Under the pieces are notes generated by a model. That model was not told where the DNA came from, made no database searches, and saw only the letters and a list, made by a program, of their open reading frames with translations. A DNA stretch of 64,000 nucleotides from Dicyema japonicum (taxonomy: Eukaryota; Animalia; Dicyemida): contig RDEW01000013.1 of NCBI GenBank assembly GCA_011109175.1, forward strand, positions 910,181 through 974,180. Direction: 5' to 3'. Made by a program: the position numbers and the translations under genes. Below are positions 9,632 to 21,909 of this stretch, piece after piece (positions within the stretch are counted from its first letter, which is position 1; each line of letters opens with the position of its first letter).

Positions 9632-12600
9632 TTTATAATAAATGTTTAAAGAGATTCATTTTATGAGTATGGCAACTATTACAACAATTCCTAACAGTAG
9701 AATTATGCAGTCTAGTAATTAGTTTAACTTTCTTTTTTGGTAATTAACAATTTCTTTATTTTTTTATTATAATTATAAGAAATTTAAAATTCTGATTTAT
9801 TTAATTTTTTAGTAATTTACGTATTCTCGCTTTGGTGTTGTTGGTCGAACTTTCCTCTGCGAGAGTTCACGCTATTTATTCGTTTGGTTTAAGATTTCCT
9901 CTGTAGAACATTTATATCGCAGAAGAAAAAAATTATATCCCCCTCGAGAAGACGAGAAGAGTAGCATTATGGATAACACTTAACAAAAGCCTTAGAAATG
10001 AATTGGACAACAAGCGGGAGAAACTTTTTATGCCCATTCGCTGGATAGTGGAGGACGGATCGATTTTTCAAAAGAATTCAAAGATTCAGGACTTTGAAAG
10101 ATTCTGAGAAAATAATGAGGAGAGAGTCCGTTTCTAGTGTCCAAGACAGTTCTCTCAAAAAATTAAGAAGACATTTTCTAGATACGATAAGATAGTTACG
10201 GACCACTCAAAGAGACTGGAAATTACTAAAAGCTGGGATCACCTGTTTAGTTGGTAATGACTCTAAGAGATTTATGACCTCTCTGCACTCTCGGCTGTAC
10301 ATTTGATAGCAATCGGCCTTCTATATGTTAGTGAAGTCGAGTTAACTAACTAGACTTGATAATATGCATGTGCATAACACGCGCTTTTTAAGAGCAAATA
10401 ACAGTCACTTTAACTAACTGAAAACCTAATCTTAATTTATGAGTTTGGAAAATTAGTCTACGAGGCCATAGATACCTAGAAGCGCATGGTCTTTGGTAGA
10501 TCTACTAAGTTTGAGGATTCTCTTCCATGTTCTCACCTGGATGAGACTGTTTTTCTCCAGCCACTGTGAAAACCTAAACTGATTTATAACCCCCAATGTC
10601 ATTTGGAAGGCTAATTGAGAACATTTTCATACTAATTGTAAAAAAGGAATTCGCTCTCATCGCTAGATCCTTATTATTATTAATAGTAATGTCCGCGGAA
10701 CCAAAAAAATAAATTAATTTGAGGTTCCACCTTTGCCATGCATCTCAGGATACGCGGTGTAAGTCGTTTCCATCCTCCTCTGTTTCTCGCAACCGCCCTC
10801 GTATTGCTGGAGCCTGACAAATGGAAATATATTTCTAATAAATCATGTTAGTAATTTAAAAAAATACATTAGTCATTTTTCTAAGGACCTTTGAATATTA
10901 TAATTTTCCTTTACAGAAATATAACTGATCTTTTCAGAATCTTCAAAATTGTTCACTATGTTTTTTATTCGATTAGATTTTGGAATAAAAAAAGTGACGC
11001 AGTAAGAAACTCCCCCATCGTGTGAGAATTACAACTGGAGGAAGTTTAATCTCATCCAACATAGCTCTGTGTCAAAAATCAATCAAAATGATCATTGCGA
11101 GCATAATCTACGTTGAGTTAACTCTCTTGATGGCAACAGAGATCAACTGGAGGAGCCACTGAGTCTCGTCGTTGATAATTAAATAGAATTGTTTGTTTAA
11201 AAATTTGAGAGGTCTCAATATTTTTTGGCATTCTGTCTGATGTTTTTTTCCATTAAAAAATTGATCGATGTAATGTTGTTTAGATGATTTTACTATCTTA
11301 TAGCATTTTGGAAAAATAATCCTCCTTTAGGTGTTCGTGTAAATATGTATGAGTTTCTAGAAAATACTTTTGAAATTCGTTCCTTTTTTTGCCTCTGAGA
11401 TCTAATCGTTTTAATAAATGAGAAAATACAAGCCTGGTATTAAATGAAGACTGCTAATTTAAAAAAATTAAAATTAATTCCAAAGACCACTGTTAAACCG
11501 AAAAAACTAAGTGATCGAATTGAATCATGGCTCTCATCTTTGCTCGATGTTGATTCCTTGAGCCTAAAAATTCGCAATTCCTTTTTGGCATTGGTGTCCT
11601 TTTTTGTTTTTGTTTTTTTACACAACAAAATCAATTTAAAACGTGTATTTAAAAAAAAAGACAAATAAAAAATTGTAAATAAATTAAAAAAATAATTAAA
11701 ATAATTATATCCCAAATAGGACAATTCCCGCCCTAATAATAACTAAATAATATTGTCCCTGATTTTCCCTCATATATCTGTTCTTTACATAAATAAAGCG
11801 TGTCTCTGCTGAGCGGACTTCTAGCAAATATGTATCTGCGTATAAGTGCAGAGAATTAATTATATCAGGTCATAATGAAATATCTAAAAATAAACTGACG
11901 TTGTTAATTCAAATATAATTTTAATGGATAAAGAAGTCTTTGACAAAATCCAAAATGCGATTACGCCGTGATTCAGAGACCCTCGCAAATGGAGATGTTT
12001 TTAGCGCAACGGGATAACTGTCTTGTGGCATCTGGGGCAAAATCAGTCAAAATTGAAACAACACTAGGTTTCTAGAATAGGATGGTTGCCGATCTTCGAT
12101 TTTCCTAGGAGGCTTTTTGTTAGATTTGTCCTCACATTTTGTTAGTACATTTTCAAAATGCAGCAAAAACACGGTTACCCCCATAATATTTGGAATTTGC
12201 TGATTGAAATCGAGTTTTCACCTTCCCAACCTTTTCTCTGATGTGATAGACTTTTCTAGATGCTATTTTGTCGCAGATAAGAGAACAAAATAACCATCAA
12301 AATTCATTTTGAACGATGGAATTTAGGTTTTTTGTTTTTATTATTTAGAGACTGAAATTCCATATTTTGGATTAAAACACACGTGTTTCGAAAATGTATC
12401 TATCCAAATTTGCAATCCTCTTCTTTTACTTAGTCCACCAAGTTCTTTCAGCATTCCTCAGTCTAGGGTTGACTGCTAAGCATGTCGTTGCACGTGTGAG
12501 TCACGAATAGCTAACAGGATTCCATCACGTCTTCTGGGCCGATTCGACGCTAGTGCGCTTCAGTGATGCCCAGCGATAAGGCTGCTTAGTTAATATTCAG

Positions 12601-13394
12601 CTGTAGCCCAGGTCTCTCTGCTGTATAAAAGGATTGATCTTCATCTTTGGTTGTCTTTTCGTCCAGAGTTCGTTAGCGCTACATATTACACGAGCGATGT
12701 CTTTTTGTCAAGTTTTATTTCAAATCTCACAGTGTCGCTTCGTAATAAACAATAAATAGCAGAGGACATTGAATCGCCTTGAGGAGTCCAATAGTTGTTG
12801 GATTCAGTCTTCACAGCCAACTCTGTCTACAAGCAGTACACAAAAATCCTAATAGAATCGTCGCCCAAAATAGTCTTGAATATTTGTATTAAGTTGTCCC
12901 TTCGGATCGTGTCAAATGACAACTCACCAATAGTCACGTGGTCGTTTCTATTTTGCATTTCAGAGATACGACATAGAGCAACCATTGACTCAATGGTATC
13001 GTTTATGTAATCACCATTTTCTGACTTCAGTCCTGTGTTTTAATGATGTACTGCATCAGCAAAGATTATAATGAAAAAAGTTAACAGCAAAGTTTGAATT
13101 TAAGTTCACAACACGTCATTAAGTGTGTTTTCTTGCCTAATCTATGATTTGCCATGCAGAGCAGACTTCGGCATTCGTGTGGGAGTTTTTAAATAGAAAA
13201 AATGTGACAGAAAAACTCTGTTCACTTTTAATGCTTAAACTTGGTGGGTCATAGATATTCATTATGTTGATTAATCAGTCCAGATGAGTCATCCCCGAAT
13301 CTCTTGAAGTTGAAGCATGATTCGATATAATCAAAAGGATGAAGATGAGAATATGTTTGATAGTGCAGCTATCAATTTCTTAGTCAAGAAATTT

Positions 13395-13555
13395 CATCCG
13401 GAATCAGCATCAAAAGGTAAAAGAAATCCATTACATGCAGTTGTGGATACCTTCCAGTGGAGTGGGGGAGAGCAAAGGATCCTTTTTCGTGCCAGTCTGA
13501 CCTTAGGCGTCACCTAGACAGGTGGATCACATGAGCCGTTCTAAGAGGAAGGGAA
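13395..13555 (-). repeat. Dispersed repeat, second copy of 3340-3500 (LINE 3' region)
   Basis: CATCCGGAATCAGCAT...CATTACATGCAGTTGTGGA...CTAGACAGGTGGATCACATGA is shared between the two copies. Confidence 0.7.
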
Positions 13556-13925
13556 AGTAAAAACAGACAAAAACAGAAAACTTTAAAAAATTAGCCACGA
13601 AGAAAAAGGGAAGAAGAGAAAAATCAAAAAGTGGATAAAAATCACAACGTTATGTCATAATATCGACAATCAGCCAATTACAAGTGGGTAACTAGAATGT
13701 ACAAAAATGTAATGAGATTAATATAATTCAAATAAGCCATACGTAATAGAATTAAAAAAGGTGCAAAAAAAAACGAGTGGAATTACAAAAATGAGTTAAG
13801 ATAAATGATTCTTAGGAACAACAATCAAGAAAATAGAATGATAAAAAATCGAAAAATAGGATAGTAAGGTAATGGTAAAAAGAAAAAAAATCAGCACATA
13901 GTATTTATAGAATTAATGTAAGATG

Positions 13926-13941
13926 CGGATATTATAATGCG
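13926..13941 (+). promoter_or_regulatory. Putative TATA-containing core promoter motif of micro-exon gene 2
   Basis: CGGATATTATAATGCG, matches 7894-7909; about 55 nt before the ATG. Confidence 0.55.
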
Positions 13942-13995
13942 AAATAGCATATAAGTATGAAACAAAAACGAAAAAATAAAAAAAGATAAATTATA

Positions 13996-16900
13996 ATGAA
14001 AGTGGGCATCTACATAATTATATTCTTGATAAACATGGGTAATGTTGAGATAAGACTTAGAAATCGGATATGGATTTCCTTCAAATGTATTTAGAGAAAT
14101 AATAAATGTATAGATTAATGGAATGGGTGGTCATGGAATGCTACAGAATGCACAAAGTATAACTTAAAGATAATCTTTAGATGGATTTGGAAATGGTAGA
14201 ATTTTGAGAGAATTATTTTTTAGGAGGATCAACGGTAATTTAAAAAATAAAAACATAGACGAGTACACATGTCCAAACTACTCCACCTAACGCTGGACAA
14301 AGTAAATCTTAAACATAATTTATAGATGGGGGAGGAAATGGTAGAATTATTAGAGAATTATTTTTAGGAGGATCAACGGTAATTTAAAAAATAAAAACAT
14401 AGACGAGTACACATGGCCAAACTACTCCAACTAACGCTGGACAAAGTAAATCTTAAACATAATTTATAGATGGGGGAGGGAATGGTAGAATTTTTAGAGA
14501 ATTATTTTTTAGGAGGATCAACGGTAATTTAAAAAATAAAACATAGACGAGTACACATGGCCAAACTACTCCAACTAACGCTGGACAAAGTATATCTTAA
14601 ACATAATTTATAGATGGGGGAGGAAATGGTAGAATTATTAAAAAATTATTTTTTAGGAGGATCAACGGTAATTTAAAAAATAAAAACATAGACGAGTACA
14701 CATGGCCAAACTACTCCCCCTAACTCTGGACAAAGTATATCTTAAAACATAATTCTTAGATGGGAGGAAATGGTAGAATTTTAGAGAATTATTTTTTAGG
14801 AGGATCAACGGTAATTTAAAAATAAAAACATAGACGAGTACACATGCCAAACTACTCCTTAACGCTGGACAAAGTATATTTTAAAATAATTTATAGATGG
14901 AGGAAATGGTAGAATTTGAAGAATTATTTTTTAGGAGGATCAACGGTAATTTAAAAATAAAAAACATAGACGAGTACATGGCCAAACTACTCCCTAACTC
15001 TGGACAAAGTAATATCTTAAAATAATTCTTAGATGGATTTGGAAATGGTAGAATTTTAGAAATTATTTTTTAGAGGATCAACGGTAATTTTAAAAAAAAA
15101 ACATAGACGAGTACGCATGGCCAAAAACTACTCCCTTTAACTCTGGACAAGTATATCTTAAAAATAATTTTAGATGGATTTGGAAATGGTAGAATTTTGA
15201 AGAATTATTTTTTAGGAGGATCAACGGTAATTTAAAAAATAAAAATATAGACGAGTACTCAGGGCCAATCTACTTCCTTTAACTCTGGACAAAGTATATC
15301 TTAAAATTAATTCTTAGATGGGGACATGGTAGAATTTTGAAAAATTATTTTTTAGGAGGATCAACGGTAATTTAAAAAAATAAACATAGACGAGTACGCA
15401 TGGCCAAACTACTCCTTTAACTCTGGACAAAGTATATTTAAAAATAATTTTTAGATGGAGGAAATGGTAGAATTTTGAGAATTATCTTTTAGGAGGATCA
15501 ACGGTAATTTAAAATAAAAACATAGACGAGTACGCAGGCCAAACTACTCCCTTTAACTCTGGACAAAGTATATTAAAAATAATTCTTAGATGGATTTGGA
15601 AATGGTAGAATTTTGGAGAATTATTTTTTAGGAGGATCAACGGTAATTTAAAAAAAAAACATAGACGAGTACGCAGGGCCAAACTACTCCCTTTAACTCT
15701 GGACAAAGTATATTTAAAAATAATTCTTAGATGGATTTGGAAATGGTAGAATTTTGAAAATTAATTTTTTAGGAGGATCAACGGTAATTTAAAAAATAAA
15801 ACATAGACGAGTACGCAGGGCCAAACTACTCCCTTTAACTCTGGACAAAGTATATTTAAAAATAATTCTTAGATGGATTTGGAAATGGTAGAATTTTGAA
15901 AAATTATTTTTTAGGAGGATCAACGGTAATTTAAAAATAAAAAACGAGTACGAGCAGGCCAAACTACTCCCTTTAACTCTGGACAAAGTATATTTAAAAA
16001 AATTCTTAGATGGATTTGGAAATGGTAGAATTTTGAAAAATTATTTTTTAGGAGGATCAACGGTAATTTAAAAATAAAAACATAGACGAGTACTCAGGGC
16101 CAATCTACTCCCTTTAACACTGGACAAAGTATATCTTAAAAATAAATCTTAGATCCATTTGTACATGGTAGAATTTTGAAAGAATTATTTTTTAGGAGGA
16201 TCAACGGTAATTTAAAAAATAAAACATAGACGAGTACTCAGGGCCAATCTACTTCGTTTAACTCTGGACAAAGTATATCTTAAAAATAATTTTAGATGAA
16301 TTTGGAAATGGTAGAATTTTGAAAGAATTATTTTTTAGAAGGATCAACGGTAATTTAAAAAATAAAAATAGACGAGTACGCAGGGCCAAACTACTCCTTT
16401 AACTCTGCACAAAGTATATTTTAAAAATAATTCTTAGATCAATTTGGACATGGTAGAATTTTGATAAAATTATCTTTTAGTAGAATCAACGGTAATTTAA
16501 AATAAACACATAGACGAGTACGCAAGGCCAAACTACTCCCTTTAACTCTGCACACAGTATATTTAAAAAATTCTTAGATCCATTTGGACATGGTAGAATT
16601 TTGAAAAATTATTTTTTAGGAGATCAACGGTAATTTAAAAAATAAAAAATAGACGAGTACGCAGGCCAAACTACTCCCTTTAACTCTGCACAGTATATTT
16701 AAAAATAATTTTTAGATCCATTTGGACATGGTAGAATTTTGAAAATTATTTTTAGGAGGATCAACGGTAATTTAAAAAATAAAAATAGACGAGTACGCAG
16801 GCCAAACTACTCCCTTTAACTCTGCAAAAGTATATTTAAAAATAATTCTTAGATCCATTCGGACTGGTAGAATTTTGAAAAATTATCTTTTAGGAGAATC

Positions 16901-18303
16901 AACGGTAATTTAAAAAATAAATAGACGAGTACGCATGGCCAAACTACTCCCTTTAACTCTGGACAAAGTATATTTAAAAATATTCTTAGATGGATTTGAA
17001 TGGTAGAATTTTAAAAATTATTTTTTAGGAGGATCAACGGTAATTTAAAAAATAAAACATAGACGAGTACTCAGGGCCAAACTACTCCCTTTAACACTGG
17101 ACAAAGTATATCTTAAAAATAATTTTAGATATTTGGAATGGTAGAATTTTGAGAAATTATTTTTTAGGAGGATCAACGGTAATTTAAAAAATAAAAACAT
17201 AGACGAGTACTCAGGGCCAAACAACTCCTTTAACTCTGGACAAAGTATACTTAAAATAATTTTAGATCCATTTGGACAATGGTAGAATTTTTGAGAAAAT
17301 TATTTTTAGAAGGATCAACGGTAATTTAAAAAATAAAAACATAGACGAGTACTCAGGGCCAAACTCTTCTCTTTAACTCTGCACAAAGTATATCTTAAAA
17401 ATAATTTTTAGATGGATTTGGACTTGGTAGAATTTTTGAGATAATTATTTTTTAGGAGGATCAACGGTAATTTAAAAAATAAAAAAATAGACAAGTACTC
17501 ATGACCAAACTACTCTTTTTTACTCTGGACAAAGTATAATTTAAAAATTATTTTTAGATGGATTTGGAAATGGTACTTTTTTGAAATAATTATTTTTAGG
17601 TGGAACAACGGTTATTTAAAAAATAAAAACATAGACGAGTAAACATGGCCAAACTCCTCCGCCAAACGCTGCATCAAGTATTCATTAGATTTTATTTTTA
17701 GATGAAGGAGGACATGGTATAATTTTTTCAACAATTAATTTTAGATAGTATCACTGTATTTCCTTCTTATAATTATAATAAATATTTAGACTGTCTTATA
17801 TTCATCAACTGGAACTCATCATACGACCAAAGTTTTTATTTTATAACATAAATTAGATTCTGTTTCAACATCATGTAATATTTTAAATTTTAAATTCTTT
17901 TTTTAGACGGATCTTCTGTATTTTTTTATTTTTCATTTATTTAGACTAATGGAAAATTTTCAGATTTTTATAACCCTTTTGCCCAAAGTAGATTTTTTCA
18001 AATTATTTATTAGATTCAGCTAAGGGATCATCTAGTATTCTGAATTAAAATTTTTTAGGTCCATCGATTAATCTAGATTCTACTCTTTCTGGTTTATTTA
18101 TTATTTTTTAATTTTTCTAAATTCAATGTTGTTTATCAATAGTTACTCCATATAATGGATTCATTCCACAAAATTGGAAAGAATATTTTTATAGTAATCT
18201 TTATCAACTAAACATAGATCACTTCAATTCTGTTTTGGTTCTTTTTATTTTATGTACCCTGGTTTTGACTATCTATCGAAACAATACCCGAAGTAAACGA
18301 TAG
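13996..18303 (+). CDS. Micro-exon gene 2: mucin-like type-I membrane protein, about 87 exons, about 730 aa if in frame; paralog of gene 1. Frame-breaking 1-2 nt deletions occur in several repeat units.
   Basis: Exons 13996-14038 (43 nt), 14061-14086 (26), 14114-14156 (43), then 25 units of 15+11+43-nt exons encoding NGFGN-GGST-TSTQGQTTPFNSGQ and variants, eight divergent micro-exons, last exon 18143-18303. N-terminus MKVGIYIIIFLINMEIGYG-FPSN. C-terminus IPQNWKEYFYSNLYQLNIDHFNSVLVLFILCTLVLTIYRNNTRSKR*. Confidence 0.8.
14157..17716 (+). repeat. About 141-bp tandem repeat x25 (three micro-exons plus three 24-29 nt introns per unit)
   Basis: GATCAACGGTAAT or a close variant recurs 25 times between about 14227 and about 17603. 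Each unit has three GT...AG AT-rich segments. Confidence 0.95.
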
Positions 18304-18449
18304 ACTTAAATTAACCCTTAATGTTTAACTAAATTTCTTTTTCAGAGGTTATTAACTTTTCTTTAACTTTTGATGCGATCATCATGATTTAAAATAATTT
18401 AAATTTTCCTGTTATTAAGCAAAATAATTAAATCAACATAATAAAAATA

Positions 18450-19150
18450 TTTTAAATCTAATCTGTTTTAATAGCCACGCTATTTCTTCAGCGATGGCTA
18501 TAGAGATACACTCTCGAAGTCACCTCGGTGTTTTGTTGAACGTGTTCCCATCATCGTTAATTGGTTCCCTTCTGGAATGGGATATCAATCAGTCTCGATC
18601 TACCTATGCCAGCCTCATTCATGCTTTTGTAGATCTGTTGTAAACTGCGGAGAACTTCACCAGCTTTCTTGCCGTCTCAGCACAAGCCGGTTCACGAGTC
18701 ATGCAGCCATCAACGGGGTTGTCAAACGCTCTCATGAGGCAACTGGATTCCCGTCGTCTCTGGTACCGGTGGGCCTAAAACGTAGAGATTGAAGGCGCCC
18801 AGACGGGGTAACTGTCTTTCCCTTTTATCGGAGGAGATGCTTGATTTGAGATGGAGCCTGTACCGACACCTTTTCCCAGTCGAGACTTACTGGTTCCGCG
18901 TTGAAAGCTGGGGAAGTTGCTCTGACTTTCGAGCATTCTAAGATAAAAAATACGACATCCTCTTTACAAGATTCTATTTACAGCCCGTTGTCGTCAAGAT
19001 GAGCGGAGTCTCCGGGCCCAAAACGGTCTCTTTTCTAAGACTGCTTGGATCAATTATTTCGAAAGTTAGCAATAGCGTCGGGAAACCGAATGCTTGCCTC
19101 AAAGGATTTCTCTGGCAGTTATCAGGGGTAATAGCCATTTCATCTTATCA
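18450..19150 (+). mobile_element. CRE-like non-LTR retrotransposon C-terminal remnant
   Basis: H.LSC..S..RFTSHAAINGVVKR...P.GL.R.D..RPDGVTVFPF..GRCLI*DGACTDTF: CCHC finger plus RLE motif, with stops. Confidence 0.75.
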
Positions 19151-19499
19151 GCTGGATTACTTTGATCGTCTTATTCGCAATTTACTACAAATATCGATTA
19201 TTCAAAGTTTTTACATACTTTTTAGATAAGATTTAGAGGTCTGATTTAATGGTGTTGTATGTCACTACTTGAAATCTTAAATTTTAATGATTACATTAAA
19301 ATTTTATCACGCTAGAGATTTTACGTCCCAGAGGCTTCCCTGTTTCAAGCTGAAGGACGGTCATCCAATCTGGACGATTTCTATCTTCCTACATAAGCCG
19401 ATGGGTTATCCCTGGGAGACCTTTCACCACTCCTTTACCAGCGCTTATGGATTACAAATCAATTTTTAACTGTGATGTTTGAAACTTATGATTTCAAAA

Positions 19500-19805
19500 T
19501 TGGCGAATCCTTGATTGAACTCAAAATTTCACAGGAGCCACTAATATTAGTTAAAAGAAAACGATGGAGTAATATTAGTGAAAGTGCGATGTCGTATCTC
19601 GCATATTTGAAAACCCGGTAAAGGACTCGCCTTCGGGTTGAAGACGATATGCGCGTTGCTTTGAGTGAGACACAAGACCAATCATTTCAAATCTTATTAC
19701 AAATATGCAGGATCAGAAGTCACATTAATTTTGTAATTTAAAAATCAAGTTATTGTCATTATTAAAAATTAGGGGTCCCCAAAGAAAAAAAGTTGGGAAA
19801 CGCTG
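19500..19805 (+). mobile_element. hAT (Buster-type) right end with transposase C-terminal remnant
   Basis: LKTR*RTRLRVEDDMRVALSET...QDQKSH; ends AAGTTGGGAAACGCTG followed by GTCTAGGG. Confidence 0.75.
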
Positions 19806-19899
19806 GTCTAGGGACTCTCTTTGCTGCACCTCAGAGGTCGATGGGACAGAATACTATCTTTCTTTAGAATGTTGAAAGGATTCCCGATGTCTCGGAATC

Positions 19900-20600
19900 T
19901 TCCATCACTTATTCAGACTCATACATGAGGAATCCGTAAGAATTTCGTTATAAAAGGAATTAAAGATCGGGAAGTAAACTTGGCAGTTAGCCTCCTAAAG
20001 ACAAATCAAATCGCAATTGACTGCACTCCGACTCGTTTTACAAAGGTTGTCCATGAACAGAGGTGGTGGACCAGTTCAAAGTTCTTAGAGAAAATCTGGT
20101 TCATGAGTGATGTAATTGAATTTGTAAGACAGATGTCTATATCTCCGACGGACAGAAAAATCAAGTCTTTCAAAGACCATGTCAGATTCCGCATTGCACG
20201 AAGTACTTCATAATTGATGTGGTCAGGTGATTAACCTTGCCGGGAAGGTGACAAGTCGCAGATCGTGAGACGGTGGTGAATGCTTATCCAAGATTGTTGT
20301 AGATGTCGATAGTTTTTGCGCGGTCCGTTTGAAAAAAGGGACGTGAAATCCTCACACGAATAATACATGAAAAACGTTGCTGCGAGAATATACGTAGATT
20401 GATACAAATTCCATGTCTGTTGAATGACCGGGAGACGAGTTAACATTGGTACGAATACGGAGAATCTTTCTGCGTAGACCAGGGAGGAAGGCATTGCCAT
20501 TCCTCGAGTGTGTATGTAGAGAGGTAGTTTGAGTCACCTGAGGTGGAAGAAATGACCACATGCAGAACAGGGGATCACGTTTTCAAGTATTGATTGAACA
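19900..20600 (-). mobile_element. CRE-like RT remnant
   Basis: Minus strand VGVQSIAI*FVFRRLTAK resembles the GGVRPIAVG..RRL.AK motif. Confidence 0.55.
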
Positions 20601-21191
20601 CAAAGAGCATTTATTGGATGAACTCACTGTTGTGACTGTACTAGAATCCATGACTTCTTTTTTCCATCGAAACATTTTTTTGCAAAAAACCACAATAGAA
20701 ACTTTTTAAAATTGTTTAAATTAAATTATTCCAAAGACCAAGGGTGACCAAACTAACTATGTCCTTGATCCTGACTCGTTCCAGCATTCCAGAACTTGTC
20801 TCCAGGTAACGACATTGTCTCCGGGAAGTAATAATTGGACCCTCTTGATGCCGGCAAGGCATTGAGCGTCTTCTCAGTAAGCTGGATCCAACGACGCCAT
20901 CGGACGAAATAATTTATGAGCAACTATCCATATAGCACCAGATGGGCCACGCGGTCAATAAAATCTAAAAAAACTGTTGTTTTTATTTAAAAATTAATAT
21001 GTCAAAAAGTTTAAAATTTAAATTCTTTGTCAAGACTGTCAAAATTTTAATTTATTTTTTATTTCTTATAGTTTTTGACGATACCCAGAAATCAGCTGAG
21101 AAAAATAGTAAGAATCGAGGGAGAACTACTAATACTTTCCATATGGAAAGATTATGCTTATATTGGTAGGAAAATAATAATTGCCGACGAC

Positions 21192-21909
21192 AGAGCTGAC
21201 AACTTTGATGAGGAAGGAATCTATTTCTGGAAGAGCATTGGCGAAAGGTTTAAAAGCTGGATCCCTGCTTGGAGATAAAGAAGACATTATTGCACGGAAA
21301 ATTAAAAGCAAATACGGCCTTATACAACTTGAGAAGAAATTGGTTTCTAAGAAAGAAGGGCTTGAATCGAGAGATCAGAACTCGACTATACAATTCGTTA
21401 GTCAACCAATACTCCTATATAATGCAAGTTCTTGGTCATTAACCCTAAATGACATTGAAAAACTTAAACTCCTTCCATCGGGACAACTGCGGAAGATTCA
21501 TTCGTGCTGGGACCGTATGAGAACAAGAAGTCAAGTACTTATACTCTGTTACGTCTTCTAAACCGATTTCACTAAACATCATGGAATTTCGTTGGAGCCT
21601 ATTTGGGACACATCCTACGGGGAAATATCGAAACTCCAGCTAATGTTGCCATGGAGGAATACTTCCAAACTGAGGAGGTGAAGTTCCGAGGACGTCCGAG
21701 AGCATCACTGGCCACGACACTGAATGAAGACCTGAAGAGAATAGGATTATCTTTAACTACGGGAGATGACCTGGACTACTTGAGGGATTTGGCTCAGGAT
21801 CGTGGAAAGTGGAGAAAATTAACTAAAAGATTAATGTTTGGTACTGCACTGGTTTTGTCATTTCCAATGGCAAGACGTTGTGCTTTATAATAATATAATA
21901 ATAATATAA
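21192..21909 (+). mobile_element. 5'-truncated RTE-like LINE with (ATAAT)n tail and an about 125-bp flanking direct duplication
   Basis: GSLLGDKEDI, QPILLYNASSW, GHILR, FRGRPR, LAQDRGKW. Flanks 21067-21191 and 21910-22036 are near-identical. Confidence 0.85.

Noticed and set aside
11440-11724. Overlapping ORFs on both strands
   Set aside because: Low-complexity A/T tracts around a LINE tail remnant; no recognisable domain.
13555-13920. Lys-rich coding region upstream of gene 2
   Set aside because: A-rich low-complexity sequence with frequent stops and no coherent splice pattern.
14662-15986. Minus-strand ORFs (62-65 aa) within the 141-bp array
   Set aside because: They are antisense by-products of the repeat. 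Splice signals, the signal peptide and the TM exon are all on the plus strand.
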